This document shows, piece by piece, positions 26,170 to 40,574 of a DNA stretch of 64,000 bases. The notes beneath the pieces are model-generated. The model was not told the origin of the DNA. It saw only the letters and a program-made list of their open reading frames with translations, and did no database searches. Source of the stretch: the human T2T-CHM13v2.0 reference genome, Homo sapiens; NCBI RefSeq assembly GCF_009914755.1, contig NC_060928.1; one strand, given 5' to 3'. Every line of letters starts with the position of its first letter. Position 1 is the stretch's first letter. Made by a program: the position numbers and the translations under genes.

Positions 26170-26690
26170 GGGTTTCAGGTTCGACTCACATGAGCTACTT
26201 TTATTTGGACAGTCTTTGTTTTTCTCAGTCTCGTCGGCAGTCCTTCCGGGGCCTTCCTCAATCCCTGGCCGGGGCTGAGGCCTGGCCGTTGTTTGGGATG
26301 AAAAGGTATTGGAAGGCTGGCTGCTAATTGGAGCTTGCACCTGCAGACCCCAGCCTTGGAGGCGACTCGGCACAGGCTACTGCTCTATGTGTGTATGCTT
26401 GTGTGTGTGCATTTTATTTCCTCAATGAACACTGGAATGTGGCATGGTTTTTTGGCCTGGGTATGCTGGAGGAGATCCAAGCTGCTTGGCCACTTTCTCT
26501 GTTCTGGGGAAGGGCGGGGTGGGGGGGCACCTCCTTTACTCTCTAAGAAGGAGGGATTTCTAGCTATGCAAATATATCCAGTGCATTCTGATCTAATCTC
26601 TTCTGGCCCCAAGAGGGGACTTACCCAGATAAGAGGCGCTCTTCAGAGAAAGTGAGAGGGTGCCACAGCAGGGCTTTCACCCACCAATAA
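26170..26690. promoter_or_regulatory. Candidate cis-regulatory element
   Basis: Non-repeat segment with several retained CpGs, a GC box gggcgggg (26512-26519), octamer atgcaaat (26566-26573) and GATA agataa (26627-26632). Motif evidence only. Confidence 0.3.
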
Positions 26691-26884
26691 GCTGATGAAT
26701 TTTTAATGAGTTTCTCACACTTCACTCTAGTAACATTATCCAGGCAGTGCTGAAGAGGAATGGCTACAACCTCTGTGCTCAGCCAAAGACGAGAGAAATG
26801 GACAAAATACCCAGGTGGACCTAACGACCATGCCTCTGTTTCTCCCCACCCCACAATACCCAGGGGTTCAACCTAATGCACATA

Positions 26885-27557
<673 letters not shown>

Positions 27558-28246
27558 GGTCAAAGCAGGCCCAGACCATTTCCACTTTTTGAAGTTCTTG
27601 GGATATTAAAAATGAAAGAAGGAATCCCAAAATAGACCTATAAAATATGCTATATTTAAAATGTATACATGCTTTTGAACATATTAAAAATTCAACATGT
27701 AGGTAACACTGGAAATGATATCAGGATTTTGAATTTGAAGCTCAATGTGGGGCCTAGGACAAAGGGTCTCCTGGCCATTGACCACTTTGTGATGGGTCCT
27801 GAGGGGCCAGCACCAGCTAGGGGCCCTTCCCACATACCCTGTACACTCTAAAGTCATATGTGGCACGGTTATTCTTTATATGCTTGGGGTCAAATCAATG
27901 CTACAGAGATAGCTCTGGAAAGAAAGAGCATTTTCTGGGTGTACACAGATTTTCTGCCAGAACTGGGAAGGCCAATCACAAACACTGGCCTTTTGGAGAG
28001 ATCCCTTGCTCTACTCACCAAAATCAGCAAGCCTGCGGGGTCTGAGGTTTCCTTTGGGTTGACTATAGTCTTGGATGTCTCTGCTTACTTTGAGATCAGA
28101 ATGGTGCCATGACCATGAGAGGGGTCGCTCCACTTGAAGAATCCCCAGATCCCTCCCAGCAATGGCATGGAAGCTCCCACCCTCTGAGGACCGTTATGGT
28201 CGCCTGGGTGTAACTTTAGTCTCCTTTTGCCTTTGGGTGTGTCTAG

Positions 28247-28783
<537 letters not shown>

Positions 28784-28977
28784 TAATCAGGTGTCAAGCA
28801 GAGTGGACAGAGGGTGGCTGATGTAGTCTGAGAAAGGGGTTCTTTGTTCATTAATCCAAGAAGGCTGTGATATAGACACAGAGATAGGGTAACAAAATTC
28901 AGGCGACTGAAGAACTAGCTGCCCAAGACCTCTCGCCCTCTCTCTTCCCTTTCTCCTCATTTTCCTTCTCCCTCCTG

Positions 28978-29212
28978 TTGAGAGCTTTGGAGTGTAACAG
29001 ACCTGTTTTCAAACCCAGGTCCTGCTGCCTGGTAACCTTGGGCAGCTTGCTAAAGCTCTTTGAACCTCAGTTTCTTCACCTGAAACATGGAAATAACAAT
29101 AGGACTTTTCAGAATTATGAAAATTAAACAAGAGAAGTCAAACCATGTAAAAAGTTTGTTGGGGCCTAGCACATGGGAAGAATTCAGTAAGTGACAGTGA
29201 TTATTATTATTT
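28978..29212 (+). mobile_element. MIR
   Basis: 'agagctttggagt...accttgggcag...gaacctcagtttcttcacctgaaacatggaaataacaatag...attattattat'. Confidence 0.85.
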
Positions 29213-29426
29213 CATGAATGGAGCATGACCTGACACAAAGCACCTTGCCAGCTGTGTTCTCTAGCCACTCAGCCACAGTTGGTGTACATTTTTATTAGTC
29301 TACAAAATTATTTACTCTAAAAGTCTTATTAATAATAATCCCTGCTCCTCAAAAGCAAAACCCCGTGGGTAGACTGCACTTACTATGTTTTGTACTTCAT
29401 TCTAGTGATAAAAAAAAGTAAATGGA

Positions 29427-29760
29427 GGTCAGGAACGGTGGCTCATGTCTGTAATCCATCCTAGCACTTTGGGATGGGGAGGTGAGTGAATCACTTGAGG
29501 CCAGGAGTTTGAGACCAGCCTGGCCAGCATGATGAAACTCTGTCTCTACTAAAAATACAAAAATTAGATGGGTATGGTGGCATGCTCCTGTAGCCCTAGC
29601 TACTTGGGAGGCTGAGGCACGAAAATCGCTTGAACCCAGGAGGTGGAGGGTTGCAGTGAGCCGAGATCACGCCACTGCACTCCAGCCTGGGCAACAGAGT
29701 GAGAGTCTATCTCAAAACAAAACGAACAAACAAAAACAAAACAAACAAAACCCCAAAACA
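29427..29760 (+). mobile_element. AluS with (CAAAA)n-type tail
   Basis: Both arms and tail 'aaaacaaaacgaacaaacaaaaacaaaac'. Confidence 0.95.
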
Positions 29761-31649
29761 AGAAATAAATGTAAAGTGACTTAAGCTAGACTGATGTATT
29801 ATATATTGAAGTATTTATGTACCTGTGTTGACATATGCTATATGTTAGTTTGCAGTCCATGATAAGAAATTTACACAATGAAGTTTATCAGAAAACACAC
29901 CACTAGCTGGGACTCTCATAGCAAATACCTGGGAACTCATAGGCTGTCCTATTCCAGGAGGGAGCGGGATTCCATGTCAGGTGACTTGGATAGTGTCCCA
30001 GGTTGGGTAGGTTACCCCGGCACCAGCAGGGCCTCCTTGCCAGATGGCCAGGCAGAGACTGGGAGGTTCCTGCTGGAGGGAGCTCAGAGTATATCTGGAA
30101 GGTCGTTATTACCAACCCAGAGAACCAGTTTGGTGAGGTTGGCTCAAAGGGCATATTTAGTCAGAGTAAGGGAGAGATGTGGTAACGGGGAGGAGGAAGT
30201 CTGGGTAAGGATTACAAGTAGCACAGTCAAAATGCGCTTCTCAGTTTTCAACAGAGTGAGGGAGAAGTAGTACCTTAGCCCCAGCCCTGAGACCTAACTC
30301 CTCAATTCTTGCCAACAGCAGGAGAGTGAGCCCAGGAAATCTCCAGAGAGCCAAAAGATGATCCAGGTGATAAGGGCACAGCCAGGCAGTATCCACGCCA
30401 AAAAAGAACAGAAAGTTTGGCTTAACTCTATTTTTGCCTGTGTTTTTCTCCTGGGGCAGGAGTGTAACCTAAAAACACTCCGGGATACACGGTGGCCCTT
30501 ACACAAATTAAGAATCCAGAGGAAGGGCTCCTTTGGCAAGGGAACTCTCGGGAGGCTGGAGCCATGACAGAGCTCCCCAGGAACATTCTAGAAGACAGGC
30601 TAGATTTCCTGGCCTTTGGTCACCAGCCTGGAGTTTGGCAGAGCCCTCTTGTGCAGAGGGTGAATGAAGATATTTGGTCATTGCCTTCCCTGCTGTGGGC
30701 TGTTCTCAGCATTAAGTTGTCAGTGTGCACTACCATTGGGGTTACCCAATGGGGTCTATTCCAGAAAAGGGAAGGTGGATTTGCCTACTCAAGCCCAAAG
30801 AGCAAGGGCCACTGAAATTGCCTTCTGAGTAATAGGATTGGCAGACATTGAGGCATGTTGCAAAGAACTGTTAATTATAATCTTTACTTTCTCTCTAACC
30901 AGCTCAGAAAAGAGCTTTATGGGAGGAATATAGTTTGAATGAGAGGCATTCTGTTCATTCTCCCAAATACTCTGTGGATTGAGATCAGCAGGAACAAGGG
31001 GTCTACACTGCATTATCTTGGCCTCTCACATGACCACCTTCCCTGAGTTTAGTTTAGATGAAGTATGCCACTAGAAAAAAATATCAGGCATGTTGGCATC
31101 TGTAGAACCTGTGTCTCAATAAAGATGTTTTGAATGAATATCTGAAACCGTATGAAATACCAGACTCCTGGGCATGCATTGGTGAGGATATTGATTACTA
31201 TTTCATACTGATTACTATTTCACTCAGAGTTTTCTTATAAAGCTGATATACTCAATTTCTACTCCAAGTCAGATGAGGAAAGCTTGGTACTTATAAAGGA
31301 ATTGCTTTATTTATTCCTTTCTGAAAAATGAGAATGATGTAATTGGGGATATTTCCCTTTTGCTTTGGTTGCCAGGAAGCTCAGTTGAATCTGATGCCCA
31401 ACTATACCAGTCATGAAGGCTCTTATGACATCCATACCTGGTTTGTATTTCTATTGGTCTTATCATCCTATTCTCATATTTCCCTTGTTCTTGATTTAAA
31501 TTCTTGTTTATATTTCCCATGATTTTATGGCAGAGCTCCAACTCTGAGATGCCTCCAATTGCCAGGCAGGTATTGGTAAATGACCGGAGTGGAGTAATAG
31601 GGCATGGTGGGGACTGTGGCAAATGGAGAGAGCTCTTCCCTGGCCACTC

Positions 31650-31885
31650 TGCTAAACTAACATGGCTCCCCCACCCCATTCTCAGTCTCTATCCTCTAAC
31701 TCTGCTTTATTCATATCCTCTAACCCTGCTGTATTCATAGCACTTACAATTTCCTGTAATTATCTTACTTATCTGTCTACTTGGTTATTATCAGTCTCAC
31801 CTCTGCTATATTCCCAGCATCCAGAACAGTGCCTGGCACAGAATTGTCACCCAATCTACATTTTTTGCTGAGTGAATGAACAAAT
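31650..31885 (+). mobile_element. L2 3' end
   Basis: 'tattcatagcacttac...cccagcatccagaacagtgcctggcacag...tgctgagtgaatgaa'. Confidence 0.75.
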
Positions 31886-32905
31886 ATAGGACCAACGTGG
31901 CCAGAGTTTCCTATGTTTTAAAAGAACTTGAAATTTGAATTTTTATATGAAATCTCCTGATTGTTAGATGTTTAGTAGCTAATATAAAAAATTAAAAACA
32001 CTATGCTGGCCAGAAATGAGCCATGCTAATGTGGGGCCATTGTTCTACTTTCTATTCTCCAGTTGGAGCAACCACAGTTTCTTTGTAGAATAAAGTGGTA
32101 TATAAATAAATGAAAACAGACATCTGTTTCACGTTTTACAAAGCATTGCCACCCACTGTTAATTTTTCACTATTATTTCATTATTGTTCCAATTTAACAT
32201 GAGTAAATAAACCACTCCCACCCCTTTGCCCGGGAGTTGAAATGAACCTGCGTGTTTAGAAGTGGAGGAAGCTGTAAAAGGCAGGAAGTGTCCCGGCAGC
32301 CAGAGCTGGCCTCCTGGCCAGGCATTCAGGAAAGAGGATGGAAAGGTTCTCCATGCTCCATTTTTTCTCTTTTTCCTGTCCCAGCACCAGAGGTTAGGTG
32401 GATGCTTCATCTGACAGAGGCTGTGACCTCTAATTCACATGCAGCCTCACACTGGGTCTGTTTCTCTAAATTTTGTGTGCAGAACTAGACTATCTGTGTG
32501 CATGTTTCTGACAATCCTTTCACATACAACCTTTGGCTCACCTGCCACCTGTCAAGAACTGCAGTCCTAAATGTTTTAGTAATGTGCATACACAAACACA
32601 CACACAATGAATAATTAAGCATAATGCAGAGTGTCTCTTTTATTTCTGCATAGTATAATATTAATCTTATTTGTTTTAGGAAGCAATCTCTCTCTCTCTT
32701 TTTCTCCCTCTCTTTTTCTATAATTGCTAGAGTTGTCAGTTCTTTGTGATTTAACAATGTCTCAGCCAATGATGGAGAATATGACCAATTTCTAACCAAG
32801 AGATATTTTTCTGTATATATTTATTTTCTCAGAGAAGAAGTCTGCTATTTTCCCAAGAATCACTGGTCCACTTTGCTAAGAAAAAAAAGCCAGGATTCAT
32901 TGGCA

Positions 32906-33922
32906 TTTTTTACTTATGGTAAAATACACATAACATGAAACTTGCCATCTTAACAATTTTTAACAGTACAGTTCAGTAGTGTTAAGTGCATTCACATTGT
33001 TGCATAACCATCACCACCATCCATCTCTAGATCTTGCAAAACTGAAACTCGTCACCCATTAAACAGTAACTCTCCATTCTCCCTTTCCCTCAGCCCCCGG
33101 CAACTGCCATTCAACTTTCTGTCTCTATGAATTTGACTACTGTAAGTACCGCATGTAAGTGGAATTATATCGTATTTGTCCTTCTGAAACTGGCTTTATT
33201 TCATTCAATATAACATCCTCAAGTTTCAACCATGATGTGGCATGTGCCGGAATTTCCTTCCTTTTTAAGGCTGAATTTATCCCATTGTATGTGTATACTA
33301 CATTTTGTTATCCATTCACTGGACACTTGGGTTGCATGTACCTTTGGGCTATTGTGAATAATGCTGCCATAAATATGGGAGTACAAATATATGTTTGAGT
33401 CCCTACTTTCAATTCTTTTGGGTATATACCAAGAAATTGAATTGCTGGGTCATTGACAATTCTATTTTTCATTTTTTGGTGAACCACCATACCATGTTAC
33501 ACAATAGCTGTATCAGTCTACATTTCCATCAACAGTGCACAAGCATTCCAATTTCTCCATGGCCTTCACAACATTGGTTATTTTGGAATTTTTTTTAACT
33601 TGATAGTAGCCATGCTAATGGGTGGGAGGTGGTATCTCATTGTGGTTTTTGATTTGCTTTTTCCTAACCATTAGTGATGAGGATCTTTTCCTGTGCTTAT
33701 TAGCCATTTATATATCTTCTTTGGAGAAATGTCCATGCAAGTCATTTGTCCATTTGAATTGGGTTGTTTTTTGTTGTTGTTGAACTGTAGGGGTTCTTTA
33801 CATATTCTGGATATTAACCCCTTCTCAGATAGATGATTTGCCAATGTTTTCTCTCATTCTGTGGCCTGTCTTTTTACTCTGTTGTTTGTGTCCTTTGGTG
33901 CCCAGACATTTTTTATTTTGAT
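32906..33922 (-). mobile_element. L1MB-like 3' fragment (~1 kb)
   Basis: 'ggtaaaatacacataacatgaaacttgccatcttaac...'. The 33308-33490 ORF is an ORF2 relic (DPAIQFLGIYPKELK...CTPIFMAALFTIA). Confidence 0.92.
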
Positions 33923-34629
33923 ATATCATTGGCATTTCTGTGCTTCCACTTTTGTCTCCTCTGGCTCTAAGGGAGGTGGACTGTGGGGGAAGGAGAACTG
34001 CCTCACAGCTCCAACAATGGGGGCTGAAAGGCCACTGGAGAAAGGCCACTAAGTCCTATGGCAAATAGACTTTCAGAACAGTTTCAAAAACTCCCTCAGT
34101 CCTGCCCTTCCATCCCCCTGAACACATTCATGGTGCAGAATTGCTTTAGTGATAATTGAATTTCCCTCCAGCTTTGGGGTTGTCAGGACAATCATGACAA
34201 TCACTATTGCCCTGAAACCCACTGAGTGTGTATAATGGCCACTCCTAACAGATCATGGTGAATGAAAAACCAATAGAAGAGAGGAGGTCTCCTTAGCATG
34301 CAGGGCAATGCTGGGACCTTTGGAGGCTGAAACGATAAAAAAATTATGGTGCCTGTAACCCAAAATATATCAAAAGATAAGCAACAGTAAGGCATAAAAT
34401 GAATCCAAAAGGTTCTGATTTTACTCAAGATAACAACTTCAGAGTTTCTTTTACAATGCCAAAATCTATTTGTTTAAATTTCTGTCTTTTAATTAATTCA
34501 TTATATTTTGGGGTGCTTCTGCTTCACCAGTGCCCTAACCCCTTTTTGATCCACCTACTGGAAAATAACAGCTTTGTTATTATTGTTTTCCATATGCTAT
34601 GCATTTTTGTGTACACTATGTAAAAGAAT

Positions 34630-34812
34630 TTAATTTACATGTCAATCCCACAAGAAGACTACTATTACAATCTCTAGTTTTACAGTGAAGGAAACCAAGA
34701 CAGAGAATAGTAACTTGCAGAAGATTCAACAGCTATAGATCAACAAATCTTAGGTCACAGAACCAGGATTTGAACTCCGGAAGTCTGGCTCCAGAGCTCT
34801 TGTCCTGAAGTC
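34630..34812 (-). mobile_element. MIR
   Basis: 'ttttacagtgaaggaaaccaag...cagaaccaggatttgaactccggaagtctggctccagagc'. Confidence 0.75.
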
Positions 34813-34999
34813 TACAATCCAGCACCACTGGCTCATCTCCACAGCCTGCACCTGTCTGGACAGCTCCTCCTCTTGCCTCTGGCCCTGCACTAGCCACCCT
34901 GAGGTAGCTCCTGATATTCTCTATCAGTTACAGTATTTCATCCTTCCTGCACACCACTCCCTTTACTCCCCTTCTAGTCAGTCTTTACCTTGTTAATCT

Positions 35000-35255
35000 C
35001 TGCCCATTTAGGATTCCCCTTGGGCATCTCCTCTGTGCCCACCCAGTCTGGGCTAGGTGCCCTCCGATGGCAGGCTGTGTAGGGTCTCATTGTACTTGGC
35101 CACATGGAATTGAAATTTATTGCTTGTCTGCTTCCCACAGTGGACTGGGAGTTCCTTGAGGGTGGTGACTAAGGTTTTAAATCTCTATGTTCCACCCTAG
35201 CCAAGCACCTGGTACCTCGTAAGCGCTTTGTATCTGTTGTTGAGTAAATGAATAA
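35000..35255 (+). mobile_element. L2 3' end
   Basis: 'ggactgggagttccttgagggt...agcacctggtacctcgtaagcgct...tgttgttgagtaaatgaat'. Confidence 0.7.
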
Positions 35256-35717
35256 TGGAGAACCTAGACAAGGACTTGACAGAGAAGAAAAAGGAGCAGG
35301 GACTGCCCAAATAGTAGTTTTCACCCTGGAAATGTTTTTACTACCCTGAGCAGAGAGTGAGCAGCCCACATCCATATAGATGAGCAGACCGAGTGGAATA
35401 GAATGAATGGAATGAGCCTGGCTTCTTCAGGCCTGATGCTGAGGACACGTGCCCTGCCTGTATGGAGGAGACAGCTTTGTCCCCCATCAAAGACAGTGAC
35501 AACACAGGTACATACACAAATGCATAGCGCGTGTCACAGTCCTTAAATACATTACATAGGGCTGAGCAAAGTAGGCACCTGTGCGGGGTGTGGAGGACAT
35601 ACGGTAGCTCCAGAATTCCAGGAGCCAGCTCAGGGCAGCCCAGAACAAAGTGTCAGGGCCTAAGCAGGGTGCGGAGGGCATCTGCATGGGCAGGGGACAG
35701 TGGTCATGATGGCAGTT

Positions 35718-35915
35718 GATGACATTTGGGGGACTGAGCAAATAAGCAAATAATATATTAAGGATAATGGGAGCCGGCTTCTGATGAATGTCAGAGAAGG
35801 GAGTTACAAATGTAGAAAGGGAGAAAACTCTGTGGTGTTGGATTGGAATTGGAAGTATGAATTTATGGTTTTCTATACATATAGATTAACATAGAAATAA
35901 ATAGATACGTAAATA
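35718..35915 (+). mobile_element. L1MC-like 3' UTR fragment
   Basis: 'ctgagcaaataagcaaataatatattaaggataatgggagcc...gtgttggattggaattggaagtat'. Confidence 0.6.
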
Positions 35916-36224
35916 GAGGAGGAAGCTGGGATTCAAAATTAGATCTGTCTAGCTCTTTTCACCGTTCTATACTACCGCCCTACATATAGGGCCTCTGCTG
36001 TGAAACCTCTGTCCCCTTCCGTGTCCCCCCAAGAACCTCAACCCTAACTCACACAGACTTAAAAGATTCCACCCTCATGGTTCCAGAGCATGCATCACAC
36101 CTCATGTCATTAGTTGCACACAACTAACTCATGAGGTTTTCATTACACTGAGGGTAGGCCTCCTCTTATCTGTATTCCCTGCATCTCCCTTGGAGCCAGG
36201 CACATGGTCATCACAATAGTTAGT

Positions 36225-36445
36225 ATTAATATTTATTGTGCAGTTGTTATGCACCAGGAAAGACTTCACATGCATAATCTCATTTACAGCTGAAGACAAC
36301 GCTATGAGGGATGTATTACCATCATTCTCATTTTACATATTGGCAAGGTGAAGTTAGAGGTGTTAACTGAGGTACCCCAAAATGCAGAGCTAGTAGGAAG
36401 TAGAACCAAGAATCAAGAACAGACAGTCTAATTCCTCAGGCTATG
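36225..36445 (-). mobile_element. MIR
   Basis: 'taatatttattg...acatgcataatctcattta...acaacgctatgagg...cattttaca...gagctagtaggaagtagaacc'. Confidence 0.75.
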
Positions 36446-37321
36446 CTCCTCTCCCCTCGGCTCTGCCACATGGACTTGGTGTAAGCAAATGTTCACTCAA
36501 CAAATTCCTCCTGGGGGACTTGTGTATCTGAATGCTCTCCCTCAATCCAAGTCCACACTTTATGTTGAGCTCGTTTGAAGCTCACCTCTTTAGGGGAGCC
36601 CCACCCCCATCCTGCTCTGCACTGCGTCAGCATTCCTTGGGCACCGGACTTGCACCACGCCCTGACACATGACCAGTCAGTGTTGGAGCAGGGAACATAG
36701 TTTATCGACATTTGTTGAACTGAATTCAATGCCCAGGAATGGAAGTAAACAGGAATACATGACAAGGTGGTATATTGTACAGGATACTGTGGCTATCTAT
36801 TTCTGGATTTTCCAGGAGAGTTCCAATTTCTAAAATTCCATCCTCTCATCAGAACATTTGTCAGAATACGTGGCCAAGAATGTACTCTGGAATTTTGTTT
36901 AAAGAGTAGGGTCACCATTCTACTGAAAAGAGATGGGAATGGAGACAGGATGTGCTGCTGGTCACCCACAACCCTACACACCCGTGAGCAGGTCACAGCT
37001 TCTCTCAACCTCTTTATCCATGGGTAAAACTGCAATGCAACACCTACTCCTACTGTGGAATGAAACAAAGTCTGTGTGTGAATGTGTTTTAAATGACGAT
37101 AAAGAATAATGTCACATAAACCCAGTTACTGTTAGTGGGAATACTTACATTTTTACTGACCTGTCTGGCAAGTCATTTTCATTTGTGAAAGTAAAGAAGC
37201 TTTTAATGAAGGCCACTGCAGAAAAAAATAGGGTATAAAGAGCGCAAATGCCCTGAGGCCTTTCTAGTGTTTTGAAAAAGATACCTAGATATTTCCATCT
37301 TTTAGACTCTCCTCAATTTGA

Positions 37322-37334
37322 TGTGTGTGTGTGA

Positions 37335-37382
<48 letters not shown>

Positions 37383-37390
37383 AAGAGATA
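37322..37390. repeat. Compound (TG)n(AG)n microsatellite
   Basis: Read directly. Confidence 0.95.
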
Positions 37391-38375
37391 GGGGTGAGAG
37401 CTGGAGGCTGAGTGGGCAGAGGTGAAGTTTTTTTTTAAATTGTATGAGATTCTACCTGGTGGAGGAACCGGGCCATCTTACCTTTGCTGTATTGCGGATC
37501 AGTTCCCAGCTGTGTGACGTCTCAGGAGATAGTCCGTTTGAGAGCTGAGCTTTTCTGGCTTAGCAGTAGCTCGGAAAATTTTTCTTTCTCTTTCCAGTGT
37601 TCTTCGTCCCAGCTATGCATGAAAACTGCTCCACCTTTGTACGTGCGGGGGTTAACCTGGGCATCCCCTGCCCCTTCTGCAAGGCTTTGAGTAGAGCAGA
37701 TCCATAAAACTGAGAGCAGCTATGGGGAGCTTCGAGGGAGAGTGGTCCCCTGCAGAGCAGCATGCATTAGCATCAGTGACAAATCTCTTCTGGTTTGGAT
37801 GGGGCTGAGACGCCCCTGAACTTCCTTCTGCTCTTGCCAAAAGCCAAGGTCCTTTTGTTCACCTTTAGGGTTGCCAAGTCAGGCCTACCTCGCCCCTAGA
37901 TGTTGTTTCCTGCAGGCAATGGGAAAATGATCTTGGAGCCAGAGAAGGGAAATCAACAAGGAAATAAACACAGGGTCACCACACCTTCAGGCCATCATTA
38001 GGTCTGGAACATTATCATGCTGGGACCAGCTCCTAAATAGGCAGGGGCTACTGACTGGACAGGTCCTATAATCCTTGGCATCTTTTATTTTTGAATATGT
38101 AAAGGGGCATGCACCAAAATCTATATCAGGCAAATAAGTACTTCTGACTTGTTCCAATACCTTGCCAAAACTTTCAAAGATTTTCTATTGGCAGTATTGC
38201 TCATAACTGAACACTGGCTAATGTTTGTAGACGAAGAAAAAGAATGAGCAAGTTTGTGGCTGATACTATTTAAGACTCTTAACTCTAAAGATATAGAATT
38301 ATTGTTTAAATAAGGATTTCTTCTGCTCATTCTTCAGCATCACCATCATCATCATCGTCAGTGGCTGCAGCATCT

Positions 38376-38546
38376 TTGCTAACATTTATTAAGTGCTTAC
38401 CGTCTACCAGGTTCTGTAGTAATTACCTGACCTGCATTATTTTATTTAATTCTCCACAGAATCCTATAATTATCACTCCCATTATATAGATAAAGAAACT
38501 GAGCATTACAGAGACTAAGTCATTCCTGCAAAGTGACCCAGCTAGT
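38376..38546 (-). mobile_element. MIR preceded by (CAT)n
   Basis: 'gctaacatttattaagtgcttac...ccattatatagataaagaaactgag...aagtgacccagctagt'. Confidence 0.8.
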
Positions 38547-40574
38547 TAAAAATGTAAACGTTGCACTTCTGGAAGTGTGCTTTTCTGAGTTTTGCTTTTC
38601 CCACTGGTTTGCTTAAGCACTTCTGTGGGCTGACAGCTCCAGCAATGGCCAAAGATTTTACTTAAATAAGCGATTAGCTCTGGGAATCAGATTCTAAGTG
38701 GAAACATGAATAATTAGTGAATTAATTAGTCTCTTTCCAGAGATGTGAGTCGGGTGCTGGATGTTATCTTATGTATATGCAACATGCAAGAAAGACACAT
38801 AGAGTCCAGGTACTTGTGGCTGCCTAATCACAGGTGGTGCCGCTGGCTGCGGTGCCTTCAGCTCTCCACTGTGACTCTGATTTACAAACAAGGAAGTACA
38901 CTGCAAATCCCTTGGCCTCTGTGTGCATTTTGGTCATGGCCTGATTGCCACTTTGTCCTTTTGACTTTCAGAGCCAGCTGCTACAAGTTTCTTTTAATCA
39001 ATAATCCACCGAGTGAATGAGGCAAAATTAGCAGCCTGGAAACTTCTGCCTGGTGAGATGAAGTCAGCACATGTATTTTCAGTCCTAAGGTCACACTTCT
39101 GACTCTTTTTGGTTCTACCCCTAATCTTTATTTTTAATTGCTAGCAGTTAGCTCTCTTGTGTCATGGCGGTTACCCAGGGCAGCTGGCATCTGGTCAAAC
39201 AAAAGTAAAACAGTTAATTAGGAGACAAAAGGATGCCCTCCAGTGGGCCCAAGTTGTCTGTTCTCATAAACATAAGAGTTGTGACATCAGGGCAGTTGCA
39301 CATTCTTGTCACCCTTGGATTTGTTTGGCGACGCTTTGGGGGTATTTTGCCCTAAGGCTGCATGAGCCTTTACACTTGAGGTTGGTCAGCTTTTTGTTCT
39401 TAACAGAGACTGAAGACTTATTTACTGGAGTTATGGTAACAAAGAGAAAAAAGTCTAGGCTTTTACTTATCATTTCATTTTTTCTCCCAGAGGTTTATAA
39501 CTAAGTGCAGTTTTTAGATATGTTTATGGACTCTGGTCTTGGAGTTCTTTGATGAGGAAAGGTAATTTATAACAGTCAAATTGGCCTTTTCAACCTTATC
39601 ACATGAAATAAAAAACCAAAATGTTGGAAAGGAGCTGATGTAATAGAGACTTTCAAGCTCCTCATCTGCTTCGTGGCTTTTCACCAACAGGAAACAATGA
39701 TGGCAGATTTGGGGACTGTCATAAGCATGGGGTTTTCCATTCAGAAAGGTAAGGTAGGTGGGGATTTTATTTCTCCTTTCTCATCTGCGAGCAACCGGAT
39801 TAGCACTGATTGATTTGGTTCCAAGAATTGAGTCCATTCCGAGATTGCCAACACACACACATACCTCCCAAACCTGCTTTTTTGCATGGTCATGTAACCA
39901 AGGCAGCTAACAGTTTAAAACTGGAAACAAAGAGAAGTCATGAATGAAAAGCAGGCATATTAATTTAGCTTTACAAGTGTGCCCTTTCCAAAGCCAGGAT
40001 TACTCATTCCCTGGCAGCCTACAGCATGGAGACCTGAGTCTGCTCAAACGCCATGGCTTTAGAGTGTCACTTCCATTTGGTGTGGGATTTTAAGGAGAGA
40101 GGCTCCAACTCAGCAGAAATGTCCAACTGTAATTAAAATCCTTGTCATTATGAAGCAAACATAGCTTCACCGTAAAGGGGAGAATGGCTCATTTTTAGTG
40201 TCCCAGAAAAGTCACAAATATCATACCCAGTTACATGCAGAGAAAACTTCCTCATTATTGGTGCATTTTGGGAATGCATTAAAGGGACATTAAATCTCAG
40301 AAATGTGAAATGACAGTGGAGACATTTCCATCTTCTAACTGTGATAAAGAAATCAGAACCTGAGCTAGCTTTCTTTCAGGTCCATTTTCACTCTTATGAG
40401 ATGCTCAGGGTGAAAATGAATTTATGTTAACAGGAGGGAGAAAATGGTTTCTTTGAACCATTATGACCTGGTTGCTTTCCTTTCTCTCCTCTAATGGTAA
40501 ACCTTAGTGTACTCACATGTACCTACAAGTGGGGCAGGAAGTGAGGAGCCCAAAGCCCCACCCCAAGGCTTCAG

